Positions 18,660 through 27,442 of a stretch of DNA of 64,000 bases are shown piece by piece. Position 1 is the stretch's first letter; each line of letters starts with the position of its first letter. The position numbers and the translations under genes were made by a program. The stretch is from Thermoleophilaceae bacterium (GTDB lineage: Bacteria; Actinomycetota; Thermoleophilia; Solirubrobacterales; Thermoleophilaceae), in NCBI GenBank assembly GCA_035705985.1, contig DASSVP010000023.1, forward strand, positions 7,974 through 71,973. The letters run 5' to 3'. Under the pieces are notes generated by a model, which was given only the letters and a program-made list of their open reading frames with translations, made no database searches and was not told where the DNA came from.

Positions 18660-19019
18660 CTAGTCAGTGGCGCCCGAGCTGACTGCGTCCAGGGCTTCCT
18701 CGCGGGAGCCGTGGATCGGGAACACCCGGTCGAGGCCGGTGATCTCGAAGATCTTCGTGATGTTCTCGTCGGTGCAGACGAGCGCAAGCGAGCCGCCGGC
18801 CGGCCGCAGCCGCTTCACGCCGCCAACGAGCACGCCCAGCGTGGTGGAGTCGATGAACGTCGCCTTCGACAGGTCGACGACTATCTGCTTCTTGCCCGAC
18901 TCGATGAGCTCGACCATCCGCTCCTTGAACTCCGGTGCGGTGTAGAGGTCGACCTCACCTCCGAGCTCGATCACATGCGTCGTGTCGTCTACGGCTTCGT
19001 CTTCGATGTGGAAATTCAA
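18660..19019 (-). CDS. STAS-domain anti-sigma-factor antagonist (RsbV/SpoIIAA-like)
   Basis: 119 aa. IELGGEVDLYTAPEFKERM.., VVDLSKATFIDSTTLGVLVG, ITKIFEITGLDRVFPI. Confidence 0.85.
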   Translation of the reverse strand: MNFHIEDEAVDDTTHVIELGGEVDLYTAPEFKERMVELIESGKKQIVVDLSKATFIDSTTLGVLVGGVKRLRPAGGSLALVCTDENITKIFEITGLDRVFPIHGSREEALDAVSSGATD

Positions 19020-19073
19020 GGAGTCTCCCTGCCTAGTCCGTTTTCCGGGAGTGATCGCGGCCAGTAGCGTACG

Positions 19074-19730
19074 TCAGCCGGACGGTTGTTGCGCCTCCGG
19101 CGGCGCCTTCAGCGCCTTGACCTGCTGCCTGATGGCCTTCCTCTGCCCCTGCGGAGCGAGCTCGATGGCCTTCTGGCCCGCCAGGTCGGCCGTCCGCGTG
19201 TCGCCGGCGCGGGTGGCGATCTGAACGAGCCGGAGGTATGACACCGGGTCATTCGCCTCACGGGCGATGATGGCTGCGGCGCGCTGCTCTTCCTTTGGGC
19301 GGTTGAGCGCCGCCTGCCCGTAGATCTGGAGCGCCACCGTGGCGGTGTCGGCATTCGGGTCGTCCGCGGACTCCAGGTACCGCTGCCAGTACGAGCCGGC
19401 CTTTCGGAGCTCGTCCTTCGCGTCGTCGGGGAAAGCAACGCTGCCGCTCTCGCGCTGGCTCGTCGCGAGCGAGTAGTAGTCGCGCACGAGCTCCTGGAGC
19501 AAGCGCTGGTCCCCCGGGTTCGCCTGGAGCCGCTCCTCCTCGCGGTCGACGCGATCCTCGAGGGCGCTGTCCGTGCTCTGGCCGCCGCCGCCCTTGAACG
19601 CGTCCACCAGGCCACCGGACACGTCGCCGCCGATTCCGAACAGCACGAGGCCGCCGCCCAGGAGCAGCGCAAGGGTCAGGTACACCACCTGGACCACCCG
19701 GCGGCGGCGTCCTCTCAGGTCGAACAGCAT
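19074..19730 (-). CDS. hypothetical membrane-anchored protein with helical (TPR-like) ectodomain
   Basis: 218 aa. Arg-rich N-terminus, one TM (VVYLTLALLLGGGLVLFGI), then helical repeats. No family recognised. Confidence 0.5.
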   Translation of the reverse strand: MLFDLRGRRRRVVQVVYLTLALLLGGGLVLFGIGGDVSGGLVDAFKGGGGQSTDSALEDRVDREEERLQANPGDQRLLQELVRDYYSLATSQRESGSVAFPDDAKDELRKAGSYWQRYLESADDPNADTATVALQIYGQAALNRPKEEQRAAAIIAREANDPVSYLRLVQIATRAGDTRTADLAGQKAIELAPQGQRKAIRQQVKALKAPPEAQQPSG

Positions 19731-19746
19731 GCGGGCTTAAGGCTAG

Positions 19747-20514
19747 CTAGAGGCCCTCGGCCGCGGGCTCGTCGGCGAGGTGCCCCGCGGGGCGCCCGAA
19801 GCGCGCCGCGAGCACGATGCTCAGCTCGTAGAGCAGGTAGAGCGGAATCGACTCGAGCACCAGGGTGATCGGGTCGAGCGTGGGCAGGAGCGACGCGAGG
19901 ACCACGATCGCCACGATCGCGTAGCGCCGGCTCTTGCGAAGCTTCTGGGCGTTCGTCACGCCCAGCTTGCAGGCCGCGAGCACGCCCACCGGGATCTGGA
20001 AGCCGATCCCCATGGCGAGCATCAGGAGCGTCACGAACGAGTAGTAGTCGCGCGCACGAACCTGGGTGTTGAACTCGTCGGCGTTGAAGTTGAGGAGGAA
20101 GTCGAGCGCCGGCGTGAGCACGACGAAGTAGCAGAACACGACCCCCGTGATGAAGAGCACCGGCACCAGGAGGAGCAGCGGCGTCGCGACCCGCCGCTCG
20201 TGTGGGCTGAACGCGGGCAGGATGAACGCGTAGATCTCGTAGAGGATCACCGGCATGGCGATCAGCAGGGCGAAGTAGGCCGAATTCGTGAGCGTCGTAT
20301 AGAAGGCCTCGGCCGGCCCGAGCGTGATCGGCTCGACGCCGTCCGGCAGCGGCGCGTTCACGATCTCGAGGACGAGGTGGTTCTGCCAGCCGGTGAAACC
20401 CCACGCGACGACGAATGCGAGCGCGGCGACGATCAGGCGGCCGCGCAGCTCGTCGAGATGGTCGACGACCGACAGGCGGTCGTCGTGGGAGATCGGCCGG
20501 ATTCGCCGCACCAC
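19747..20514 (-). CDS. tatC: twin-arginine translocase subunit TatC
   Basis: LSVVDHLDELRGRLI.., six TM pattern, YLLYELSIV tail. Confidence 0.9.
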   Translation of the reverse strand: MVRRIRPISHDDRLSVVDHLDELRGRLIVAALAFVVAWGFTGWQNHLVLEIVNAPLPDGVEPITLGPAEAFYTTLTNSAYFALLIAMPVILYEIYAFILPAFSPHERRVATPLLLLVPVLFITGVVFCYFVVLTPALDFLLNFNADEFNTQVRARDYYSFVTLLMLAMGIGFQIPVGVLAACKLGVTNAQKLRKSRRYAIVAIVVLASLLPTLDPITLVLESIPLYLLYELSIVLAARFGRPAGHLADEPAAEGL

Positions 20515-20531
20515 CTAGGCGGCTCCCGCGT

Positions 20532-20750
20532 CTAGGGCTTCTGCTCGCCGGCCGGTGCGACCGTGGTCGGCTCGGGCTTCTCGGCCGAGCCCTCCGGCAG
20601 CTCGTCCTTGTCCTTGCCCGTGACGGAGTCCTTGAACTCGCGCATCCCGCGCCCGAGCGAGCGACCCAGGTCGGGCAGTCGCTTCGGGCCGAAGACGATC
20701 AGCACGATGACGAGGATGATGATGATCTCTAGAGGCCCTGGAGTCCACAT
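20532..20750 (-). CDS. tatA: twin-arginine translocase subunit TatA/E
   Basis: 72 aa. [34 protein letters not shown]. Confidence 0.9.
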   Translation of the reverse strand: MWTPGPLEIIIILVIVLIVFGPKRLPDLGRSLGRGMREFKDSVTGKDKDELPEGSAEKPEPTTVAPAGEQKP

Positions 20751-20783
20751 GGCTCAGTCCATGGTAGCTGCGAGTATGGCGCC

Positions 20784-21374
20784 GTGGTGACTTCTGTTCT
20801 GTCAGACGGCACGATCCGCCGCCTGGTCGAGGAGGGGCGGATCAAGATCGAGCCCTGGGATCCGGCCATGGTCCAGCCCGCGAGCGTCGATCTGAAGCTC
20901 GGCGCGTCGTTCCGCGTCTTCCACAACCACCGGCTGCCCGCGATCGATCTGTCGAAGCCGCCCACGGGCGTTACGGAGCACGTTCAGATCGAGGACGACG
21001 CCAGCTTCGTCATCCATCCCGGCGAGTTCGTGCTCGGCACCACGGTCGAGTGGGTCGAGCTGCCCGACGATGTGGTGGCCCGGATCGAGGGCAAGTCGAG
21101 CCTGGGCCGGCTGGGCCTGATCGTGCACGCCACGGCGGGCTTCGTGGACCCGGGCTTCAGCGGCACGCTGACGCTGGAGATCACCAACCTGACCCGCGTG
21201 CCGATCGTGCTCTGGCCCGGCAAGCCGATCGCGCAGCTGTCGTTCATGGCGCTCGATCAGGCGGCCGAGCGGCCCTACGGGCACCCCGATCTGGGGAGCC
21301 ACTACCACGGGCAGATCGAGGCCACCGAGTCCCGCTACGAAGGCGGTCCCTCGAGGACTCCGGAAACTCGGTGA
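20784..21374 (+). CDS. dcd: dCTP deaminase
   Basis: LSDGTIRRLVEEGRIKIEP..VQPASVDLKLG, IEGKSSLGRLGL, and the TLEITN motif. Confidence 0.9.
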   Translation: MVTSVLSDGTIRRLVEEGRIKIEPWDPAMVQPASVDLKLGASFRVFHNHRLPAIDLSKPPTGVTEHVQIEDDASFVIHPGEFVLGTTVEWVELPDDVVARIEGKSSLGRLGLIVHATAGFVDPGFSGTLTLEITNLTRVPIVLWPGKPIAQLSFMALDQAAERPYGHPDLGSHYHGQIEATESRYEGGPSRTPETR

Positions 21375-21421
21375 ATTTCATCTCAAGTTCGTCGTGGCGA
21401 TTCCGATATTCCTGGCAGAGG

Positions 21422-21871
21422 ATGGAAGAGATGGACGGGAACGCCGACAACTCCCACTTCACCAAGCGCGTGACGCTGCCGAGCGGCAAGACGATCGAGG
21501 TCGTCTACTTCTCGGACGACGCGTTCATGGCTGAGGCCATCGAGCCTCCGGTGCCCGACGCCCCGCCCGCCGAGCCGCACCAGGACCTGCACGTCTGCGT
21601 CGATTGCGACGCTGAGCTGGTCTACCCGGTGCAGTGGGAGGAAGCCGGGCCGGCGAACTGGAGCGTCGTGCTCCACTGCCCGAACTGCGACGTGTATCGC
21701 GAGGGCGTCTTCACGCAGGACAACGTCGAGCTCTTCGACGAGGAGCTCGACCGCGGCGCCGACGCGCTGGCGCGTGACTACAAGCGCCTGATGCGCGCCA
21801 ACATGGCCGAGGAGATCGAGCGCTTCGTGGGCGCCCTCGAGGCCGGCGCCATCTGCCCTGAGGATTTCTAA
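21422..21871 (+). CDS. hypothetical Cys4 zinc-ribbon protein
   Basis: Trimmed to ATG 21422 (149 aa). CVDCDAELV..(22 aa)..CPNCDV followed by a helical acidic tail. The longer ORF-track frame (21050) overlaps dcd. Confidence 0.55.
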   Translation: MEEMDGNADNSHFTKRVTLPSGKTIEVVYFSDDAFMAEAIEPPVPDAPPAEPHQDLHVCVDCDAELVYPVQWEEAGPANWSVVLHCPNCDVYREGVFTQDNVELFDEELDRGADALARDYKRLMRANMAEEIERFVGALEAGAICPEDF

Positions 21872-21890
21872 GCCTCGCCTCGCCGGCCCT

Positions 21891-22856
21891 CTAGGCGTAG
21901 CGCTCCACCACGCCGTCCGCGACCAGCATCAGCGCAGCCGTGCGCGGCTCCGAAAGCTCGATCTCGCCCAGAACGGCCTTCGCTTCCGCCACGTAGGCGA
22001 GCGCTTGGTCGCGTGCCTGCCCCAGCGCGCCCGTGGCGGCAATGCGGTCGCAGACGGCCGCTGCCTCCTCGGCGCAGCGCACGCTCCCGGTGAGTGAGGG
22101 GTCCTCGCGGCGCGCGAGTATGAGCGGCAGCGTCACCGTGCCGTCGAAGAGGTCAGCGCCGCGCGGCTTGCCGGTGCGCTCCGGCGGCCCGGACACGTCG
22201 AGCACGTCGTCGAGCATCTGGAAGGCCACGCCGAGCCGCTCACCAAAACGGCCCAGCTCGTCCGCCAGCTCGGGGCGGCCCCCGAACAACGCTCCCAGGC
22301 GGCACGATGCGTCGAACAGACTGGCTGTCTTCAAACGGCACCGCTCGAGGTAGCGGTCCTCGGACACGTCGGGGTTGAACGCGTCGTCGCGCTGCATGAG
22401 CTCGCCCCGGGCAAGGGCGGAGGAGGCCGAAGAGAGCACCCGTACCGCATCCGGGCTGGCGGTGGCGGCGAGCTCGGCGAAGGCGCGCGAGAAGAGCAGA
22501 TCGCCCGTGGCGGTGGCCTCAGCGCGGCCGCCCTTCGCAAAGACCGTCGGCCGCCCGCGGCGCAGGTCGGCGCCGTCGAGCACGTCGTCGTGGACGAGCG
22601 TCGCCATGTGGAGCAGCTCCACGGCCACGGCGGCCACCACCAGGCTGTCGTCCGGCTCCGCCGCGCACAGGAAGACGAGCACCGGGCGCAGGCGCTTGCC
22701 GCCCGCGGACAGCGTGTTCTCGGCGTGCCCGCCGAGCAGCTCGCCATGGCCCTGCACGATCTCGCCGAGTCGCTCCTCGGCCCGCTCCAGGAGGCGCGCC
22801 AGCTCCGGGCCGCCCGCGGCGAGCACGGCGCCGAGCTGTGCCTGCGCGGTGTTCAA
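21891..22856 (-). CDS. trans-polyprenyl diphosphate synthase (menaquinone side-chain type, HepT/GGPPS family)
   Basis: Trimmed to TTG 22856 (TTGA overlap with the menG stop). GGKRLRP, first DDxxD LVHDDVLDGADLRRG, second FQMLDDVLD. Confidence 0.85.
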   Translation of the reverse strand: MNTAQAQLGAVLAAGGPELARLLERAEERLGEIVQGHGELLGGHAENTLSAGGKRLRPVLVFLCAAEPDDSLVVAAVAVELLHMATLVHDDVLDGADLRRGRPTVFAKGGRAEATATGDLLFSRAFAELAATASPDAVRVLSSASSALARGELMQRDDAFNPDVSEDRYLERCRLKTASLFDASCRLGALFGGRPELADELGRFGERLGVAFQMLDDVLDVSGPPERTGKPRGADLFDGTVTLPLILARREDPSLTGSVRCAEEAAAVCDRIAATGALGQARDQALAYVAEAKAVLGEIELSEPRTAALMLVADGVVERYA

Positions 22857-23548
22857 CGCCTCGTCCCCGAATGGATCGCGATGATGCCTCCCGCAGTGAG
22901 CAGCCAGCGGACCTCTTCGAGCCCGGCGGCGGCCATGCGCGCCGCGAGCTCCTCCGGCCCGGGGAAACGCCGCACGCTGCTCGGCAGGTAGGTGTAGGCG
23001 TCCGGGTCGCCGGCCAGGCGCCCGAGCGCGGGCACGACGGTGTCGAACCAGGCGCGGAAGAACCACGAGAGCGGCGGCTTCTGCGGCGTGGTGATCTCCA
23101 GCACCACCACCCGCCCGCCGGGCTTGGTCACGCGCGCCATCTCCGCCAGCCCGCGGTCGAGGTCGGAGAGGTTGCGGGCGCCGAAGCCTACGGTCACGGC
23201 GTCGAAGCTCGCATCGGCGTGGCGCAGCTCGAGCGCGTCGCCCTCCTCGAAGGCGAGGCCCGGCGCCTTCTGGCGCGCCAGCTCGAGCATCGCCGGCGCG
23301 AAGTCCACGCCGGTCACCTCCGCGCCGCGGCGCGCGAGCTCCACCGCGAGGTCACCGGTTCCGGTGGCGACGTCGAGCGCGATCGAGCCCGGTCCCACCC
23401 GCGCGAGGTCGGCGGCCCGCTCGCGCCAGCGGTGGTGCATCCCCGCCGTCATGACCGAGTTCATGCGGTCGTAGACGCGCGCGATGCGGTCGAACATCGC
23501 CCTCACCTGCGTGTCCGGGAGGGTGCCCGACGCGGGCGAGGGGGTCAC
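22853..23548 (-). CDS. menG: demethylmenaquinone methyltransferase (UbiE/MenG family)
   Basis: Trimmed to GTG 23548 (GTGA overlap with the qcrC stop). MFDRIARVYDRMNSVMTAGMHHRWR and LDVATGTGDLA SAM motif. The 612-aa ORF-track frame is a read-through artefact. Confidence 0.85.
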   Translation of the reverse strand: MTPSPASGTLPDTQVRAMFDRIARVYDRMNSVMTAGMHHRWRERAADLARVGPGSIALDVATGTGDLAVELARRGAEVTGVDFAPAMLELARQKAPGLAFEEGDALELRHADASFDAVTVGFGARNLSDLDRGLAEMARVTKPGGRVVVLEITTPQKPPLSWFFRAWFDTVVPALGRLAGDPDAYTYLPSSVRRFPGPEELAARMAAAGLEEVRWLLTAGGIIAIHSGTRR

Positions 23549-24258
23549 TCGCCCCTGAGCGACGCGACGTACTCGACGAGCTGGTTGAACTGCTCGGGGT
23601 TCTCCTCGCGCATCTGCCGGTAGGGCGGCATCGGGGGGGTGGGGTTCACGAGCGTCCGCGCGATCGCGTCCTTGCCGAGCCGCTGGCCGACCGTCGTCAG
23701 GTTCGGCCCCAGCGTGTTGCCGTTCTCGCCGATCTTGTGGCAGCCGAGGCACCCTGACGACGCCGTGACCGCCTGCCCCTCCTCCAGCCCCGGCGGCGCG
23801 GGCTGGTCGATCTCGGTCGGCGACCCCGCCAGCGCACCCAGGACGGTGAGGTAGGCCATCGCCGCGATGGTCGCGATGCCGGCCGTGGTGGCGATCGGGC
23901 GCCGCAGCGGATTGCGCTCGGGCCCGCGGTCGAAGAACGGCAGCAGGAGCAGCAGCATGAGGCAGATCGTCGGGATCCCGATCGTCGCCATGAAGACGAG
24001 CTCCGGCGGCTTCACCACGCGCAGCAGCTCGAACAGGAAGAAGAAGTACCACTCCGGCCGCGGGGTGTAGGTCGTGGTGGTCGGGTCTGCCTTCGGGCCG
24101 AGCTCGGCGCCGAGCAGGATCGACATGAGGATGATCACGCCCAGCGTGACGCACGCCATGATCGAGTCCTTGGCGATCGCGTAGGGGAAGAACGGCTTCC
24201 CCTGGTTCTTCAGGATCGAGTACTCGCGGAGGTACTGCTCCTTCTCGCGCGCGTCCAT
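23545..24258 (-). CDS. qcrC: menaquinol:cytochrome c reductase subunit IV fused to a c-type cytochrome (Bacillus QcrC-like)
   Basis: KPFFPYAI.., the PEWYFFFLFELLR subunit-IV signature, then TM helices and C-terminal heme-c site CLGCH..PPMPPY. Confidence 0.8.
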   Translation of the reverse strand: MDAREKEQYLREYSILKNQGKPFFPYAIAKDSIMACVTLGVIILMSILLGAELGPKADPTTTTYTPRPEWYFFFLFELLRVVKPPELVFMATIGIPTICLMLLLLLPFFDRGPERNPLRRPIATTAGIATIAAMAYLTVLGALAGSPTEIDQPAPPGLEEGQAVTASSGCLGCHKIGENGNTLGPNLTTVGQRLGKDAIARTLVNPTPPMPPYRQMREENPEQFNQLVEYVASLRGE

Positions 24259-24261
24259 CCG

Positions 24262-25092
24262 TCAGACCTCCTCTCTCAGGAGGTCCTTCTTCTCGGCCTT
24301 GAGCCACGGCGGCGCGGTCGTGCCGAGCTTGGCCACGAGATAGAGGTGGGCGCCGATCAGAGCGGCGATCAGCCCCGGCACCGCGAGCATGTGCAACGCG
24401 TAGAAGCGCGTGATCGTGGTGGGCCCGAACTCGCTGCCCACGCGGAGGAAGTCGGCGAGGTACGGCCCGACGATCGGGCCCGACGAGTTCAGGTTCACCG
24501 CCACCACCGTCGCCCAGAAGGAGCGCTGGTCGAACGGGAGCAGGTAGCCGGTGAGGCCCATCACCAGCGTCAGCACGATCAGCACGACGCCGATCACCCA
24601 GTTCAGCTCGCGCGGGTACTTGTACGCGCCGAAGAAGAAGACCCTCCCCATGTGGAGGAAGATCAGGATGATCATCACCGTCGAGCCCCACTTGTGCATG
24701 CCGCGGACGAACTCGCCGAGGAACACCTCGTTGGTGATGCGTGACGCGGACTCGTAGGCGCGCGTCGGATCCGGCTCGTAGTACATCGCCAGGAACACGC
24801 CCGTCACCGCCTGCGACAGGAAGGCGAACATGGTGGCCGAGCCGAGCGTGTAGTACCAGTTGGTGCCCTTGGGGACCTTGCGGTAGAGGAAGCCCCGCAG
24901 GAAGGGGCTCGCGCCGGTCCGCTCATCGAGCCATCCGACGACGCTCGCCGCGCCCTCGACGGCCTGGTCCTTGGCGGTCGGCTTCGTGGCCGGCCCTCCG
25001 TTCCGGCCCGGCGCGCCGTTGCGGCCGTTCTCACCGGGCCGCGGCGGGCTGCGGCGCAGGGCTCTCGGCAGCGGGGGCGAGGGCAGCTTCAC
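24262..25092 (-). CDS. qcrB: cytochrome b6-type (split, 4-TM) cytochrome b
   Basis: WYYTLGSATMFAFLSQAVTGVFLAMYY, RGMHKWGSTVMIILIFLHMGRVFFFGAYK, WVIGVVLIVLTLVMGLTGYLLPFDQRSFWA, RFYALHMLAVP. Four-nucleotide overlap with the Rieske stop. Confidence 0.85.
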   Translation of the reverse strand: MKLPSPPLPRALRRSPPRPGENGRNGAPGRNGGPATKPTAKDQAVEGAASVVGWLDERTGASPFLRGFLYRKVPKGTNWYYTLGSATMFAFLSQAVTGVFLAMYYEPDPTRAYESASRITNEVFLGEFVRGMHKWGSTVMIILIFLHMGRVFFFGAYKYPRELNWVIGVVLIVLTLVMGLTGYLLPFDQRSFWATVVAVNLNSSGPIVGPYLADFLRVGSEFGPTTITRFYALHMLAVPGLIAALIGAHLYLVAKLGTTAPPWLKAEKKDLLREEV

Positions 25093-25754
25093 GTCGTCGG
25101 CCTCGGCGGGTAAAGGTACTTCCAGAGCCCGTCGAGGTGGTTCGACGGGTCACGCGGGGGGAAGCGCTCGAGCTCGGAGTTGAGCGAGAAGCGCTGGCCG
25201 ACCTCCACCCGGCCCTCCACCACGCGCGTCTCGAAGCGGTCCAGCGGGCGCACGGGCGGCCCGCCCTCGACCTTGCCCTGAGAGTCGTAGACGCCGCCAT
25301 GGCACGGGCAGACGAACTTCTGCGAGGCCTGGATGTAGCGGACCGGGCAGCCCAGGTGGGCACAGCGGGTGGAGATCGCGACATAGGGCTGCTCGGACTT
25401 GCCGGGCGCGCTGTCGACCTCCGGGTCCCACTTCCGCACGTAGACGGTCGCCTTGCCGGCATCGCCGATCTTCGGATCGATGTTGTGCACCCGCTGCACG
25501 TAGGCGGTGGTGCTGAAATCGTCCTCGGGGCCGAGGTCCTGCCAGGTGTCCGGCACGGTCTCCTCGAAGAGCGGGCCGAGCGCGAAGCCGAGGCCGGGCA
25601 GCGCGAACGCCATCGTCGCGATGCCGCCGGCGGCGAGCGCGGTGCCCTCCATCAGGCGACGGCGGGTGACGGTCTCGCCCTCCCACGCGCCGGCGATCCC
25701 GCGACCCTCGGTGTAGCGGGACTTCTTGTCGAACTTCTTGGGTGAGTCGGCCAC
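25089..25754 (-). CDS. qcrA: Rieske 2Fe-2S subunit with twin-arginine signal
   Basis: TRRRLMEGTALAAGG Tat motif. Cluster boxes CAHLGCPV and CPCHGGVYD. Confidence 0.9.
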   Translation of the reverse strand: MADSPKKFDKKSRYTEGRGIAGAWEGETVTRRRLMEGTALAAGGIATMAFALPGLGFALGPLFEETVPDTWQDLGPEDDFSTTAYVQRVHNIDPKIGDAGKATVYVRKWDPEVDSAPGKSEQPYVAISTRCAHLGCPVRYIQASQKFVCPCHGGVYDSQGKVEGGPPVRPLDRFETRVVEGRVEVGQRFSLNSELERFPPRDPSNHLDGLWKYLYPPRPTT

Positions 25755-25802
25755 GGGTGAGCTAGGGATTCTGGCGATCGCTGCGCCCTAGTGCCAACAT
25801 GG

Positions 25803-26183
25803 TTACGTAGCGCACGAGCGGGCGCGGGAGCCTATCGATTCCCAGAGCGCCTCGGCGTCCGCGGGACGGCCCTCGGCCTGCGCCTGCGCCGACGCCGAGA
25901 TGAGGTCCGCCAGCGCCGCGACGGCCTGCAGATCGCCCGCTTCGGCGAGCCGGGCGAGGCCGAGCGCGTAGAGCGCGTCGCCGGCGAGGAGGCGCAGGTC
26001 CCGGTCCATCCCGGCGAACGCGCGCGGCTCGCCGTAGTGCATGAGATAGCCCTCGTGGACCGCCTCGAGCACGAAGCCGCGCGGACCGTCCACGTCTCCG
26101 AAGCGGCCCGGGCCGGGATCGTCGACGGCGTACGAGCCGAACGCGGGGTCTGCGGCCTCGATCAGCTCGGCGAGCGCGCTCAC
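25803..26183 (-). CDS. hypothetical acidic 126-aa protein, translationally coupled to hemL
   Basis: GTG 26183 overlaps the hemL TGA (GTGA). The composition is not the Arg/Pro-rich type seen in spurious frames. No family recognised. Confidence 0.45.
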   Translation of the reverse strand: MSALAELIEAADPAFGSYAVDDPGPGRFGDVDGPRGFVLEAVHEGYLMHYGEPRAFAGMDRDLRLLAGDALYALGLARLAEAGDLQAVAALADLISASAQAQAEGRPADAEALWESIGSRARSCAT

Positions 26184-27442
26184 AAGTCCGCGAGCACCTC
26201 GCGGGCCGCCTCGACGGTGCGCTCGACGTGCGCGTCCGTGTGCGCGAGCGACGGGAACCAGGCCTCGAACTGCGACGGCGGCAGGTACACGCCGCGCTCC
26301 AGCATCCCGCGGCAGAAGGCGGCGTGCGCCTCGAGGTCGCAGGCCTTCGCCTGCACGTAGTCCCGCGGTGGTTCGGGGGCGAAGAACAGCGTGAGAAGAC
26401 CCGGCGCCTGCACCGCGCTGACGCGAGCTCCCAGACCCTGCAGGCCCGCCGCAAGCCGCTCGGTCAGCTCCTCCAGCCGGGCGTACGCGTCCTCGTCGAG
26501 AAGCCTCAATGTCGCGAGTCCCGCCGCCGTGGCGAGCGGATTTCCGGAGAGGGTCCCCGCCTGGTACACGTCCCCCGACGGTGCGACTTGCTCCATCAGG
26601 TCGCGACGTCCGGCATAGGCCGCAGCGGGAAGTCCCCCGCCGACGATCTTCCCGAGGATGGTTAGGTCGGGAATCACGTTCTCGCGCTCCTGCGCCCCGC
26701 CGCGCGCGACTCGGAAGCCCGTGATCACCTCGTCGAAGATCAGCAGCGCCCCCGTCCTGTCCGCGTAGTCGCGGAGCCGCCGAAGGTAACCGTTGCGGGG
26801 CGGGACCAGCCCCATGTTCGCGGGATACGGCTCGCAGATGACCGCTGCGGCCTCGACGTCGGGCAGGTCGCCGTTCCAGGGCACGATCACCGTGTCCGCC
26901 GCCTGGGCCTCCGTGACTCCCGGGCTGGCGGGGATCGCGTGCGTCGCGAGGCCGGAGCCGGCGTCGGCGAGCAGCCCGTCCACGTGGCCGTGGTAGGCGC
27001 CCGCGAACTTCACGATCTTGTCGCGGCCGGTGGCCGCGCGGGCCAGGCGGATCGCGCTCATCGAGGCCTCGGTGCCGGACGAGGTCATACGCACCATCTC
27101 CGCGGACGGCACGCGCTCCACGATCTGCGCGGCCAGCTCCACCTCCGCCTCGGTGGGTGCGCCGAAGCTCGTCCCGGCCGCGGCCGCCGCGCTCACGGCG
27201 GACACGACCTCGGGATGCACGTGGCCCACGATCAGCGGGCCCCAGGACATCATCCAGTCCAGGTAGCGGTTGCCGTCCACGTCCACCAGCTCGGCGCCCT
27301 CGCCGCGGGCCACGAAGATCGGGTCTCGGCCGATGGAGCGCATCGCGCGAACGGGCGAGTTCACCCCGCCCGGCAGCAGCTCGAGGGCGCGGTCGTAGGC
27401 TGCGGCCGACCGATCGGCCGCTACGCGTGCTCCGCTTCCCAC
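26180..27442 (-). CDS. hemL: glutamate-1-semialdehyde 2,1-aminomutase
   Basis: Trimmed to GTG 27442 (420 aa). YDRALELLPGGVNSPVRAMRS, YLDWMMSWGPLIVGH, LIFDEVITGFR, ILGKIVGGGLPAAAY. Confidence 0.9.
   Translation of the reverse strand: MGSGARVAADRSAAAYDRALELLPGGVNSPVRAMRSIGRDPIFVARGEGAELVDVDGNRYLDWMMSWGPLIVGHVHPEVVSAVSAAAAAGTSFGAPTEAEVELAAQIVERVPSAEMVRMTSSGTEASMSAIRLARAATGRDKIVKFAGAYHGHVDGLLADAGSGLATHAIPASPGVTEAQAADTVIVPWNGDLPDVEAAAVICEPYPANMGLVPPRNGYLRRLRDYADRTGALLIFDEVITGFRVARGGAQERENVIPDLTILGKIVGGGLPAAAYAGRRDLMEQVAPSGDVYQAGTLSGNPLATAAGLATLRLLDEDAYARLEELTERLAAGLQGLGARVSAVQAPGLLTLFFAPEPPRDYVQAKACDLEAHAAFCRGMLERGVYLPPSQFEAWFPSLAHTDAHVERTVEAAREVLADL

Noticed and set aside
22853-24691. ORF-track frames that fuse or over-extend real genes. 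Examples are 22853..24691 (612 aa), 26180..28204, 27421..29091, 33926..36058, 5297..6691, 6547..8151, 8270..9115 and 21050..21871.
   Set aside because: Their N-terminal parts overlap the upstream gene and are Arg/Pro-rich. The conserved protein begins at an internal GTG/ATG/TTG that overlaps the upstream stop. I report the trimmed coordinates instead.
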